Assembly: GCA_050949405.1 (NCBI GenBank)
Contig: JBMNFQ010000001.1
Span: 355,506 to 419,505, forward strand
Source: Limisphaerales bacterium
GTDB lineage: Bacteria > Verrucomicrobiota > Verrucomicrobiia > Limisphaerales > UBA1412
Length of the DNA: 64,000 bases
Direction of reading: 5' to 3'
Below are positions 1 to 9,470 of this stretch, in pieces; position 1 is the first letter of the stretch, and each line of letters opens with the position of its first letter. The position numbers were made by a program, and so were the translations under genes. Under the pieces are notes generated by a model that ran no database searches, was not told where the DNA came from, and saw only the letters and a program-made list of their open reading frames with translations.

Positions 1-2
1 GA

Positions 3-251
3 ATCCTCGACGAAACAGCCGATGACCTCGCTTTTGGCCTCTCCCATGCTGTCCACCTCGTCCATCCGGAGGCGATTATCCTGGGGGGCGGCCTCTCGCT
101 TCTGGGTGAGCCGCTGCGCCGGGCCGTTGCAGAGCGAATTCAACGCTATATCATGCAGGCCTTTCAACCCGGTCCCGATATCAGGCTTGCCCAGCTGGGT
201 GAGCAGGCGGTCCCCATCGGCGCTCTGGAGCTGGTCAGAGATTGCTGCTAA
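3..251 (+). CDS. ROK-family sugar kinase/regulator, C-terminal fragment (5' end outside window)
   Basis: Frame +3 is open from the window edge to TAA at 249-251. It reads ILDETADDLAFGLSHAVHLVHPEAIILGGGLSLLGEPLRRAVAERIQRYIMQAF..., which resembles the C-terminal region of ROK proteins. The 22..333 track ORF is the wrong frame. Confidence 0.6.
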   Translation: MLDETADDLAFGLSHAVHLVHPEAIILGGGLSLLGEPLRRAVAERIQRYIMQAFQPGPDIRLAQLGEQAVPIGALELVRDCC

Positions 252-283
252 TCTGCTGCTAACCCCTTCCTGCCACTACAAGC

Positions 284-313
284 AAAAAGGCACGATTCAA
301 ACCGTGCCTTTTT
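284..313. terminator. bidirectional rho-independent terminator between convergent genes
   Basis: A-run, then GGCACG (289-294), loop attcaaac, CGTGCC (303-308), then a T-run. Confidence 0.8.
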
Positions 314-336
314 CGTATATTTTTTTCAGTTAGAGA

Positions 337-2622
337 TTAAACCTCTTCGCCGGAGATATCTTCTCTGGTTACGGCTTCAGACTCTGCTTTGGCGGACTTG
401 CGGTGGCGTTTTTTCTTCTTACCGCCGCCTGCTTCACCATCACTGTTTCCGGCACCGTAGTACTCATAGTAGTCATGGTAGTAATAGTAGCTGTCACTGC
501 CCGAAACATAACCACGATTGAAGACCAATCCCATCAACGGTGCCCCACGGCTGCGCAAACGCTTCAGACACTCCCGCGCATAACGCGCAGAGGTGTAGGC
601 ACCACGCACCACAAAGAGAACTCCATCCATGTGAGCCAGCATGTTGCTGGTATCATCTACTCCTAAAAGTGGCGCAGAATCAAATATAATGTAATCGTAA
701 CGAGCCCTCACCATCTTAAGGAACACCTTCATAGAAGGGGAAAAAAAGAGCTCTGCAGGCCGTCTCAAATGTTTACCAGCGGGAATCACATCCAGTTTCG
801 AAAACTCTGTTGAACGAACAACTTTTTCTAATGAAGTTTTTTGGCTTAAAAATTCTCCAAAGCCTGGTATCGAAGAGACTTCAAATTTTTCACAAACACG
901 TCCACAACGAAGGTCTGCATTCACAAGAAGCACTCGAAAATCCGCTAATGCCAGCGAGATTGCCAGATTAGCTGACACCGTTGATTTACCTTCAGCCGGC
1001 ACTGAACTCGTAATACAAATTACTTGGGGTGATTCTCCTTCCGGATAGGAAAAGACAATGGATGAGCGCAGGTTAGAGATAGATTCAGTCAGTGCATGGC
1101 TATCCGGATTTTCTTCCGAAAGCAGATGAATATCATTATCTTTTTGGCGGAACGCCTTGATTTCGGGTATCTGCCCCAGAACAGTCTCGGTAAGCTGGTC
1201 TCGCATCTCCCCAATCGTCCCGAAGGTATCATCAAAAAGGTCGATCAGGTAAAGTACCACAAACCCGAGGAAACCACCGGCAAGCAGACCCAGGAGAAGC
1301 TTGAGCTTCTTGTGCGCCACCGATTTGGCGACTGAAGCATGGTCCATAATGTTCAGGCTCTCATTGCTCATCACCTTGCTCAGGTCGACAGTCCGGAGCA
1401 TCTCGGAGAGCTTCTGGAACATATCCTGTTTGCGGAGCAGATCCTCCTGCATATTGGAGAACTCCACCAGCATCTTATCAGCCTCGGAGGCCTGCGCCTG
1501 CATCTTATCAAAATCAACCTCAAGCTGCTTGACCCGGATTTCCAGGGCATCACGCTGCGAAGTGATAATACCCATGGCCAGGTCTCTGAAGCTGTCGACC
1601 ACTCGCTGCAAGGCCGCTATCTGCTCATCAAGCTCCCGTATTTTTCCGTGGGAGTCGCGCAAAAACTCCGAGAGGTCCTGCCGGTTGGACTTCAGTTTTT
1701 CCAGCTCCTGCAGGCTCCTGTAATACTCAGCCTGAGGCTTGGACAGAGCCGACGACATCTCCGTACCGACATCGCCTCCCACGGCACCGGCCGCCATGCT
1801 GGTCCCGGATTCGCGCATGACCGCTGCCTGGATTTGCTCAGGCGTCATCTGGTTGAGCGCATCGAGCAGCCGCCTGGCGCGGTTCAGCTCCATATTGATT
1901 TCACCCAGCTCTTTGGCCCGGCCCGAGCCAACCTGCTCAAGCATCACCACGTTGTTGGTGGCGCGAAAATTGGAAATCCCATCCCGAAGACTCTGAATTT
2001 CTATGTCCAGCGTCGCCAGTTGGTTAGTGAGCGATTCAAAAGTGGTCTCCGAGGTCTGCTGACGCAGTTCCCGCTTCCAATCCAGATAGGCTTGCATGAC
2101 CTCATTGAGGTAGACCTGAACCAGTGCCGGGTCTTCTCCGGTGGCCGTCAGGGTCAAGGTTTGGTTGCGAAGGCTGTCACGGGAGCTGAAATCAAACATC
2201 TTCGCATTCGGGTTGTGCGTCAGCCGCTCCTCCCATTCTTGTTTGATTTCCGGGTGTTTCTCGATGAGCTTATCCATGGCGCGCATCTGAACCAGCCGAC
2301 TTTTGAGCATCTCGCTCTGGGTACCCATGAAGTTTTGAATTTCATCAGAAACCAGTTTCTCGGAAATCGCCATCCTCTGAGCCATCACCATCTTGCTCTC
2401 AGACTGGAAGGAGGGCGGCGACATGGTCACATAAACCAGACCGGCGGCAACACCCAGAATGATACCCAAAATCATCACCCACCAATGCTTTTTCAGCAGT
2501 ATCTTATAGCGGTGCACCCGCGCCATCACCATGCTGGCGATGGAAAAACGGTCCTCCTGCATCTGCGGTTGCAAGCCTCTGATATCTCTGGGCCCCTTGG
2601 GGTCTACTTCTCTAGAATCCAT
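337..2622 (-). CDS. polysaccharide co-polymerase / tyrosine autokinase (Wzc/PCP-2a-like)
   Basis: N-terminal chain-length-determinant region with two TM segments flanking a long coiled coil. C-terminal P-loop kinase domain (SSVPAEGKSTVSANLA, VLLVNADLR, IIFDSAPLL). Tyr cluster SDSYYYYHDYYEYYG near the C-terminus. Confidence 0.85.
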   Translation of the reverse strand: MDSREVDPKGPRDIRGLQPQMQEDRFSIASMVMARVHRYKILLKKHWWVMILGIILGVAAGLVYVTMSPPSFQSESKMVMAQRMAISEKLVSDEIQNFMGTQSEMLKSRLVQMRAMDKLIEKHPEIKQEWEERLTHNPNAKMFDFSSRDSLRNQTLTLTATGEDPALVQVYLNEVMQAYLDWKRELRQQTSETTFESLTNQLATLDIEIQSLRDGISNFRATNNVVMLEQVGSGRAKELGEINMELNRARRLLDALNQMTPEQIQAAVMRESGTSMAAGAVGGDVGTEMSSALSKPQAEYYRSLQELEKLKSNRQDLSEFLRDSHGKIRELDEQIAALQRVVDSFRDLAMGIITSQRDALEIRVKQLEVDFDKMQAQASEADKMLVEFSNMQEDLLRKQDMFQKLSEMLRTVDLSKVMSNESLNIMDHASVAKSVAHKKLKLLLGLLAGGFLGFVVLYLIDLFDDTFGTIGEMRDQLTETVLGQIPEIKAFRQKDNDIHLLSEENPDSHALTESISNLRSSIVFSYPEGESPQVICITSSVPAEGKSTVSANLAISLALADFRVLLVNADLRCGRVCEKFEVSSIPGFGEFLSQKTSLEKVVRSTEFSKLDVIPAGKHLRRPAELFFSPSMKVFLKMVRARYDYIIFDSAPLLGVDDTSNMLAHMDGVLFVVRGAYTSARYARECLKRLRSRGAPLMGLVFNRGYVSGSDSYYYYHDYYEYYGAGNSDGEAGGGKKKKRHRKSAKAESEAVTREDISGEEV

Positions 2623-2672
2623 GTTACTCTTTGTAGCTAATAAGTACGAATAAGATCGGGTTCACAGTCGTT

Positions 2673-3341
2673 TTATCTGAAGAAGCTTTGCGGCACGTAA
2701 ATCTGGTCTGCCGCCTGAATGTCCATATCTTCTTCCAATGCGCCTTCTTCCACTACTTTTTTGACGTTGATGTTAAAGGAGCGGCGCTCGCCATCATCCA
2801 TCACACGGGTCAATTTTACTCTTCTCAGGTTGGCAAAGTCGGTCCCGCCGCCTGCTTTGGCGATGGCCATGGCGACCGTGTAGGTCTCGCCGGGCAGAAG
2901 CTGGTAGAGCCCCGGAGTCTTCACATAGCCCTGGACGCTAAAGGTGCCGATATTGGTATAGGCGATTGTGGAGAGGCTGACGCGGACAGTAGCGCGCTTA
3001 TAGTGAGTGTTTTCAAGCTCTCTTTTGACGTCAAAAGCGACCTCGCGGCAGGTCTTGCCCGCAGCTTTGATCAAGCCTTCATAGTAGGGAATGACCAGGT
3101 CGCCCGAGTCGGTCACTGTCAGTTTGATGGGCTGGTCGCGGTCTTCAAATACCTGGTAATCAACAACGAATCCCTTTTGCAGTTTTTGGATATCATCCAA
3201 AGTGTTCATGTCCAGCAGGGGTGGAGAGCGGAATTCATTCGTATCTCCAGTCTGGGCCTGCGCTCCGGCAACAAAATGAAACATGCAGCAAAACAATAAA
3301 AACATGGCTGCGAGTCCCGTTATTTTCTTCATATTTTTCAT
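2673..3341 (-). CDS. polysaccharide export protein (Wza-like, Poly_export + SLBB-like)
   Basis: Signal peptide MKNMKKITGLAAMFLLFCCMFHFVAGAQA. SLBB-like C-terminal part (VQGYVKTPGLYQL...AMAIAKAGG). Lies directly upstream of the Wzc-like gene on the same strand. Confidence 0.7.
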   Translation of the reverse strand: MKNMKKITGLAAMFLLFCCMFHFVAGAQAQTGDTNEFRSPPLLDMNTLDDIQKLQKGFVVDYQVFEDRDQPIKLTVTDSGDLVIPYYEGLIKAAGKTCREVAFDVKRELENTHYKRATVRVSLSTIAYTNIGTFSVQGYVKTPGLYQLLPGETYTVAMAIAKAGGGTDFANLRRVKLTRVMDDGERRSFNINVKKVVEEGALEEDMDIQAADQIYVPQSFFR

Positions 3342-3372
3342 TTTCTTTTTTTGTATAAATTTTATCTCACCT

Positions 3373-4725
3373 TTAGAAAGTATATTGAATCCCCAGCATC
3401 ACCTGGTGCACATCATAATTGCTATAAGTTGCATTATCCCTTTCATAAGAATAGTATGTGTAGCGCAGCGAGGGCTCCCACCGTTTCAGGAAAGTATAAG
3501 CAATTCTGATACCACCTCTATAGTATGTGGAATTTTCTGTATTACGGCCGCGGTACTGAATACCAGTCTCCTTATAAAAGTTGATGGAGCCGTAAATATC
3601 AATCGCGAAATCCCGAATATAGGAGAAGCGTATATTATCGTGGATGGAGATGACCTCCTGGTTATCAGAGTTCCAGCTCAGACGGTTATCGCGCCGAACC
3701 CCCAGGGTGTTATACAGCCAGGGGGTAAAAAGATAATCGACCTCTCCATAGGCATACCAGTCATTCACATTATCGGTGACCGGGTCATTGTCGTTTGCAA
3801 AGAAGGTCGCGTAGTTATAACCGGCCCCCGCCCTAAGCTTGAGCCGTTTGCCCGGCTGCATGGCAAAGAAGGGGCCGACATCAATCCTGAACTGGTCATT
3901 GAGGCTGTTGCTCTTGCCATGCTTGGAAAAGAAATGGACAGGGTCCTTGACTTCCAGCCCGGTCTGCATGCGCGGGGTGATGAAATAGGTCACCGACTGG
4001 GAAAACAGGCCCGAATTGCGGTCCATATACTCATAACGGCTGCTGTTGGAGTGGAACCACTGCCAGTCAAAAGAGCCCGTAAAGAGAAAAGCGCCTGTAT
4101 CCCAACTAACTTCCCCACCCAGTTTATTGTCATAGCGCCCAAAACGCACCGATTCCAGGTCGACAAAGTCTCCGCCGGATTCAACCGTATAAATCGAGTT
4201 GATATCCTCCTGGTAAGAGAAGGATTCCCGGAGCTTAATATGAGTCTGCCCCACGAACATGTGGTAGGCAAACTCCGAGTCTGGAGAGATCAGCGGTGAG
4301 TAGGTGTTGATCTCCGTGTTTTTGGTATAGAGATCAGTCCCGATTCCCAATGTAAAATCGATACTGTTAAAATCGGAAACCGCACGGTAGAAATCAAGCT
4401 TCACCTCCGGACGCAAGATGATATCATCCTTGCTGCCGCCACCACTGGGGCGCGAAGAGCGATAGACGTTGCTGTTATATTCAACGTCTATTCTGGGCCG
4501 GATACCAAAATTCCATTTGTCCCAGCTCAGAAAATGCCCTTCCTTCGTTTCAGTCTGGCCCCGAAGTATCGACTCAGCCGCGGCCTCACCAGAGGTGGAG
4601 CGTTGCCGAGAAACCTGTGCCTGGAGCCTGGCCGTGGCTGCCGGACCAAAAATTAAAGTCCCCGCAACACAAGACAACCCCACCCCTTTGAAGAAACGGA
4701 TTTTATTTAAATTATTTTTAATCAC
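3373..4725 (-). CDS. putative outer-membrane beta-barrel protein of the export module
   Basis: Signal peptide, Y/G/N/D-rich alternating strand pattern, and a terminal aromatic residue (...GIQYTF). First gene of the OMP-Wza-Wzc string. Family not recognised. Confidence 0.5.
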   Translation of the reverse strand: MIKNNLNKIRFFKGVGLSCVAGTLIFGPAATARLQAQVSRQRSTSGEAAAESILRGQTETKEGHFLSWDKWNFGIRPRIDVEYNSNVYRSSRPSGGGSKDDIILRPEVKLDFYRAVSDFNSIDFTLGIGTDLYTKNTEINTYSPLISPDSEFAYHMFVGQTHIKLRESFSYQEDINSIYTVESGGDFVDLESVRFGRYDNKLGGEVSWDTGAFLFTGSFDWQWFHSNSSRYEYMDRNSGLFSQSVTYFITPRMQTGLEVKDPVHFFSKHGKSNSLNDQFRIDVGPFFAMQPGKRLKLRAGAGYNYATFFANDNDPVTDNVNDWYAYGEVDYLFTPWLYNTLGVRRDNRLSWNSDNQEVISIHDNIRFSYIRDFAIDIYGSINFYKETGIQYRGRNTENSTYYRGGIRIAYTFLKRWEPSLRYTYYSYERDNATYSNYDVHQVMLGIQYTF

Positions 4726-4914
4726 CGCTCAACCGCATATAAACCGGCGCAAAAGGTAGTTTTACAGGAACCGGCTTTAAATTCAACAAGATTTTTAGGC
4801 GCTTTTGCCGAGCTTTCCCAAAATCTCCCCCGGATAAAGAAGTGACAAAATGACCAACGAAGCCTATACTCAGAGATGAGAAGGACTAGTTTTGTCCTGT
4901 AACCCTAAAAAACT

Positions 4915-7200
4915 ATGCGATCAGATACCATTAAAAAAGGATTCGAGCGAGCTCCTCATCGCTCCTTGCTCCGTGCGACGGGTGCCATTTTATCGGAAGA
5001 AGATTTTGATAAACCCTTTATCGCCATTGCCAACAGTTACATTGACGTTGTGCCGGGCCACGTTCATCTCAACGAAATTGGCCAGCTGGTCAAGCGCGCT
5101 GTCCGTAAAGCTGGAGCCGTTCCTTTTATTTTTAACACGATCGGTGTGGATGATGGGATCGCCATGGGCCACAGTGGAATGAAGTACTCGCTGCCCAGCC
5201 GTGAATTGATCGCCGACTGCCTGGAGACGATGCTGCGCGCACACTGCTTTGATGGAATGATCTGCATCCCCAACTGCGATAAGATCGTGCCTGGGATGTT
5301 GATGGGCGCAATGCGCGTAAACATTCCGACTATTTTCGTGAGCGGCGGCCCGATGGCGGCCGGAGTCCTGCATAGAGACTCAAAAGAGACCCCCCTGTCC
5401 CTGGCCCAAAAGGCGGGCGACCTCATCACCGTCACCAAAGGCGTGGGAGCCAAACAGGCCGGCCAGATCACCGAGGCTCAGTTGGAAGAGATAGAGCGGC
5501 TCTCCTGCCCCGGCTGCGGCTCCTGCTCGGGGATGTTCACGGCCAACAGCATGAACTGCCTCTGTGAGGCTCTGGGAATGGCGCTGCCGGGCAACGGCAC
5601 GATTCTGGCCACCTCCAAGGAGCGCGAGGCACTCTACCGTCTGGCAGCCAAGCAGATCATCCGCCTGGTTGAAATGGACCTCAAACCGCGCGATATCGCG
5701 ACTTTGGAAGCTTTTGACAACGCTCTGGCGCTCGATGTCGCCATGGGCGGCTCCACCAATACCATCTTACACACGCTGGCAATCGCCCGCGAGGCAGGTA
5801 TTGATTACGACATTGCGAGGATTGACGAAATCTCCCGCCGCGTCCCCTGCCTCTGCAAGGTTTCGCCTTCCTGTGACTATCACATACAAGATGTCCACCG
5901 TGCCGGAGGTATCCACACCATTCTGGGTGAACTCCGCCGCATTGACGAAGCCACCGGCTACATCAACGGCCAGTACGTCCGCGCCGAAGAACCCGCACGG
6001 CCAATGATCCTCAACATCAAGACCCAGACCGTCACCGGCAAGACGCTGGGCGAAAATATCGACGACTGGGATATCCGCTCAGGCCGCCGCTTGCGCGAAG
6101 CCGAAACCGTCCGCTGCTCCGGCGCCTGCGCTCAGGCTGATTCAGATGGCAATCTGAGCAATCGCCCCTCCGAGTTCATTCAGGGTGACCCGCTGGGCCT
6201 CCTGCTCTGGCGCGTCGCCGCCGCCTGGAACCTGGCCGATGCAGCAGCTTTCACCGCCATTCTGGAAGAAAAGGGGCAGGTGAAACTTGGTGCCGACAAG
6301 GACAAGATTTTCAAAGGCGAAGCCAATATACTCACTGGCATGGCAGAATACCTCAAGGAGCACCAGCCCCGCATCCGTGCAGAGCTGGCTGTGGGGGCCA
6401 ATCAGGCCGCCGCCATATTGCTCTGGAAATACGACGGAACTGAAAAAGAGCGCTTCGGCGTCCTGCGCGGCACACTGGGGCAGCAGAATTGCTTCCGCTC
6501 CATCGCGCTTGAGACGGATGCAAGGAGGATCGGCCGCTTTGAGCCTGTCGGCATCGTCCCGTACGATTCCACCTTCCTCTTCGACCCCAAGGATTGCATC
6601 CGCGATGCGGCCCATGCCTATTCAGAAGATGGCGGGCTCTCCATCCTCTATGGCCAACTGGCTCCAGAGGGATGCGTGGTCAAGACGGCCGGTATCTCGG
6701 ATGGCTTCAAAGAGTACTGCGGTCCGGACTTCGTTTTCGAGGGTCCCTGTAACATCTTCGAAAGCCAGGATGAGGCATGTGAAGGAATTCTGGGCGGCAA
6801 GGTGAAGCCCGGCGATGTCGTCATTATCCGCAATGAAGGTCCGCGCGGCGGCCCGGGGATGCAGGAGATGCTCTCGCCCACAAGCTACATTGTCGGAATG
6901 GGTCTGGGAGACCAGGTAGCGCTCATCACCGATGGCCGCTTTAGTGGCGGCACCTCGGGCGCCTGCATCGGCCACGTTTCCCCCGAAGCGGCCGAGGGTG
7001 GCCCCATCGGCCTCTTGAGACAGGGCGACCGGCTCAGGATTGATTTCCCGAACCGCAAGATTGATATCATAGTCGATGAAAGCGAGCTCCACTCCCGCAA
7101 GGCCGAATATAAACCTACTCAACAAGTAGTCTCCGGATGGCTGGCCCGCTACCAGAAGCTGGTGACCAATGCCAGCCAGGGCGCCATCCTGCAATGTTAA
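4915..7200 (+). CDS. ilvD: dihydroxy-acid dehydratase with a large internal insertion
   Basis: [23 protein letters not shown] at the N-terminus. Cys motifs CDKIVPGM and [20 protein letters not shown]-terminal [26 protein letters not shown]. The protein is 761 aa, against roughly 560-620 aa for familiar IlvD proteins. Confidence 0.9.
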   Translation: MRSDTIKKGFERAPHRSLLRATGAILSEEDFDKPFIAIANSYIDVVPGHVHLNEIGQLVKRAVRKAGAVPFIFNTIGVDDGIAMGHSGMKYSLPSRELIADCLETMLRAHCFDGMICIPNCDKIVPGMLMGAMRVNIPTIFVSGGPMAAGVLHRDSKETPLSLAQKAGDLITVTKGVGAKQAGQITEAQLEEIERLSCPGCGSCSGMFTANSMNCLCEALGMALPGNGTILATSKEREALYRLAAKQIIRLVEMDLKPRDIATLEAFDNALALDVAMGGSTNTILHTLAIAREAGIDYDIARIDEISRRVPCLCKVSPSCDYHIQDVHRAGGIHTILGELRRIDEATGYINGQYVRAEEPARPMILNIKTQTVTGKTLGENIDDWDIRSGRRLREAETVRCSGACAQADSDGNLSNRPSEFIQGDPLGLLLWRVAAAWNLADAAAFTAILEEKGQVKLGADKDKIFKGEANILTGMAEYLKEHQPRIRAELAVGANQAAAILLWKYDGTEKERFGVLRGTLGQQNCFRSIALETDARRIGRFEPVGIVPYDSTFLFDPKDCIRDAAHAYSEDGGLSILYGQLAPEGCVVKTAGISDGFKEYCGPDFVFEGPCNIFESQDEACEGILGGKVKPGDVVIIRNEGPRGGPGMQEMLSPTSYIVGMGLGDQVALITDGRFSGGTSGACIGHVSPEAAEGGPIGLLRQGDRLRIDFPNRKIDIIVDESELHSRKAEYKPTQQVVSGWLARYQKLVTNASQGAILQC

Positions 7201-7225
7201 AACGTTTCAATAACTGAAATTAAAA

Positions 7226-7266
7226 AGCACCCCGTGTGGTAATAACCCGCGGGGTGCTATTGTTTT
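7226..7266. terminator. bidirectional rho-independent terminator
   Basis: AGCACCCCG (7226-7234) pairs with CGGGGTGCT (7250-7258). It is preceded by an A-run and followed by attgtttt. Lies between convergent ilvD and the 138-aa ORF. Confidence 0.75.
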
Positions 7267-7286
7267 ATAAATAAGTGCTAAAAGGA

Positions 7287-7703
7287 CTACATCGAATAGA
7301 CGTAAAAATGACGGATACCTTTACCCTTTCCAGGATCAGGCTCCGAACGCTTCACGCCATTCATGCTTGATATCGCCGAAGAGACCTGCTGCGGACGGCA
7401 GCCTATCTCTTTCGCTATCTGGGATACAGAATAGCCTTCGCCTTTGCTCTTTTGAAGAAAATCTTCAATCAAACCCTGTACCTCCTTCTTGCTCCGACGA
7501 GGATTCCGGTGGGAAGAAAAGTGAGTTACTTTTATTCCCTTCAATGTGGGAATCGCTCTAATCTTGAAGTAGGTTGCATCTACATCCTTAAGCACTTCGT
7601 CTAATTGCGATCTTTTCTTAGTGAATGTATCTAGTAATTCAATAATCCGGGACCTGATATCTTCCAGGTCTTTGATCAAATCAATGGCTGTAAAATCCAT
7701 CAT
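7287..7703 (-). CDS. hypothetical protein with possible HTH segment (AT-rich orphan)
   Basis: 138-aa ORF, visibly more AT-rich than its neighbours. C-terminal half contains YSVSQIAKEIGCRPQQVSSAISSMNG, which is HTH-like. No family recognised. Confidence 0.4.
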   Translation of the reverse strand: MMDFTAIDLIKDLEDIRSRIIELLDTFTKKRSQLDEVLKDVDATYFKIRAIPTLKGIKVTHFSSHRNPRRSKKEVQGLIEDFLQKSKGEGYSVSQIAKEIGCRPQQVSSAISSMNGVKRSEPDPGKGKGIRHFYVYSM

Positions 7704-7823
7704 CTTAGTTCTCCTGTTAAAAAAGAAGTTTCAAGACTCCTTCGGAATAGTAGTAGCACACTAATCCTCTACTTTCAACCTTTTTTTAAAAAAACTTATC
7801 TTTCATTTTCAGAGACTTGAAGT

Positions 7824-9389
7824 CTACTTCTTTTTTAAAATTCGCCCTTTGTCAAGCTCTAAAAGGCGATTGATGCAGTCGGGTATCTCCCTGGCGTAGT
7901 GGGTAACAAAGATAAGAGACGCCTTTATTTGAACAACCGCTTCATCCACCGCTTCCAGTACGCGCGAACGATAAAAAGCATCCAGTCCCTGGCACGCTTC
8001 ATCTAAAATTAACAATTTTGGCCGGTTCACCACAGCCCGTGCCAAAAGAATCATCCGCTGCTCACCCAATGAGACATCTTCAAAATCAAGGTCAGCGATT
8101 GAAGAGAGCCTCCAGCGCTCCAGCCACTCCTCAACCTGCGCCGCCTGCGTCGCATTGGGGAGCGTGTGCAGCCCTATCGAATGGAAGAAGCCGGAGGCCA
8201 CTACCTGCCGGCAGCTCCAGCCGCCAGGGTAGTGCAAATGCAACTCCGGTGAAATCCAACCCATCCGCTGGCGTATCTGCCAGAGCGAGCGCGTGGAACG
8301 GTAGAGCTCCCCCATCACGCGGATGGAAAGCGAGTAGGCCAACGGATGGTCTCCCTGAATCAGGCTCAGCAGGCTGGTTTTACCGGCGCCGTTGGGACCC
8401 AGGAGCAGCCAGTTCTCACCAGGATAAATTTTCCAATGGATACGATCCAAAATCTTCTTTTCACCAACCTGGAAGGAAACATCCTCCAGCTCCACCAGAG
8501 GCGGCTCGGCAGGGGTGAGGGCTGTTGGCTCGGAGAGTTTGAGCTCTGGCCGCGGCTTCGATGGCGCCAGCGTTTTCTGGTGAAGCTGCACGGCAAGCGG
8601 ATGAGCCAGCATCTCTTCTCTTGGACCTTGCGCCACGACTCTCCCCGCATCCAACAGGAGCAGATGCGTCACCGGCTCCAGCAATTCATCGGGTCGGGCC
8701 AGAAGCGTAAAAATCGGCATCCCAAGCTCCATCAACTGCTTCAAAAGCTCGCGCAACACGGCACGGGTCTGGACATCGAGCCCGCCAAAAGGCTCATCCA
8801 GAACCAGGAGCCGGGGCGAATGCAGAAGCGCATTGACCAGAATCATTTTGCGTTGCTCCCCATTGGAGAGATGAAGCAGCTTGCGCTCCAGCAGCTCCGG
8901 CTCCAGATGCATCCAGCCGAGGAACTCTTGCCGCTTCGCTTCAAAAACCGCGGGCTCCACTCCGCGATGGCCGATTTCAAAGGGGTTAATCTCCTCCACC
9001 CGTTGGCGTGAAAGAAAGGCGTCAGCCGTGAGCGAGCCCTCCTCCAGGCTTCCATGCCAGCGCGATTGATAGAAGGAGCTCTCGGAGTTTAAAATATGCC
9101 GGTGCTGTTCAGGGGAAATCAACATCGTTGCGCGGCGATTGGCCAGCCCCGGAATTTCCAGACAGTCAGGCACCGGAGGCAGGTTCAAGTGAATGCGTCC
9201 GGACAAAGGGGGAACGCTCCGGACGAATGCCTCGGCGAAATAGCGCCGCCCGGAGCTGTTGCCACCCAGCGCTGCCCATTGCTCGCCGGCTCGCCAGAGC
9301 CAGTCAACACCTGGGAAAACGGGAGACTCCCTGCGGTCGCGCAAAGTCACATTTTCCCACTCAATCCAAAAATCCGAATTACGATTCAT
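7824..9389 (-). CDS. ABC-type ATPase with two nucleotide-binding domains (ModF-like)
   Basis: The second domain has a canonical Walker A (LLGPNGAGKTSLLSLIQGDHP), a signature-like SLGEQRM, and Walker B LLILDEA. The first domain has LSNGEQRK and LLVLDEPFGGLD but a degenerate P-loop (LGGNSSGRRY). The overall layout resembles ModF as I recall it. Confidence 0.75.
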   Translation of the reverse strand: MNRNSDFWIEWENVTLRDRRESPVFPGVDWLWRAGEQWAALGGNSSGRRYFAEAFVRSVPPLSGRIHLNLPPVPDCLEIPGLANRRATMLISPEQHRHILNSESSFYQSRWHGSLEEGSLTADAFLSRQRVEEINPFEIGHRGVEPAVFEAKRQEFLGWMHLEPELLERKLLHLSNGEQRKMILVNALLHSPRLLVLDEPFGGLDVQTRAVLRELLKQLMELGMPIFTLLARPDELLEPVTHLLLLDAGRVVAQGPREEMLAHPLAVQLHQKTLAPSKPRPELKLSEPTALTPAEPPLVELEDVSFQVGEKKILDRIHWKIYPGENWLLLGPNGAGKTSLLSLIQGDHPLAYSLSIRVMGELYRSTRSLWQIRQRMGWISPELHLHYPGGWSCRQVVASGFFHSIGLHTLPNATQAAQVEEWLERWRLSSIADLDFEDVSLGEQRMILLARAVVNRPKLLILDEACQGLDAFYRSRVLEAVDEAVVQIKASLIFVTHYAREIPDCINRLLELDKGRILKKK

Positions 9390-9400
9390 CGCTCATTCTG

Positions 9401-9446
9401 CAAAACAAAGGCCAACCGCCGGTTCGTTTCACCGCAGGTTGGCCTT
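9401..9446 (-). terminator. rho-independent terminator downstream of aspS
   Basis: AAGGCCAACC (9408-9417) pairs with GGTTGGCCTT (9437-9446). On the minus strand the hairpin is followed by tttgttttg. Confidence 0.7.
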
Positions 9447-9470
9447 ACAGGTTCATTTGAAGCAGTAAAA

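Noticed and set aside
22-333. 103-aa plus-strand track ORF at the window start
   Set aside because: Frame +3 over the same bases gives a clean ROK-family C-terminus ending at 251. The track ORF runs through the terminator hairpin and has no motifs.
1339-2640. Long antisense ORFs opposite real genes (e.g. 1339..2640, 16829..18439, 18443..19435, 24679..25629, 26455..27210, 32256..33134, 43066..44529, 50056..50844, 51332..51961, 55726..56595, 58757..59557, 60836..61975, 62960..63820)
   Set aside because: In each case the opposite strand encodes a protein with clear family motifs. The antisense products are Arg/Gly/Ala/Pro-rich with no motifs, which is typical of stop-codon depletion in GC-rich coding DNA.
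6079-6588. The IlvD insertion as an intein or a mobile insertion
   Set aside because: There is no Cys/Ser/Thr-plus-His-Asn splice-junction pattern and no homing-endonuclease motifs. Composition matches the host gene and the frame is continuous. It is reported instead as an insert domain.
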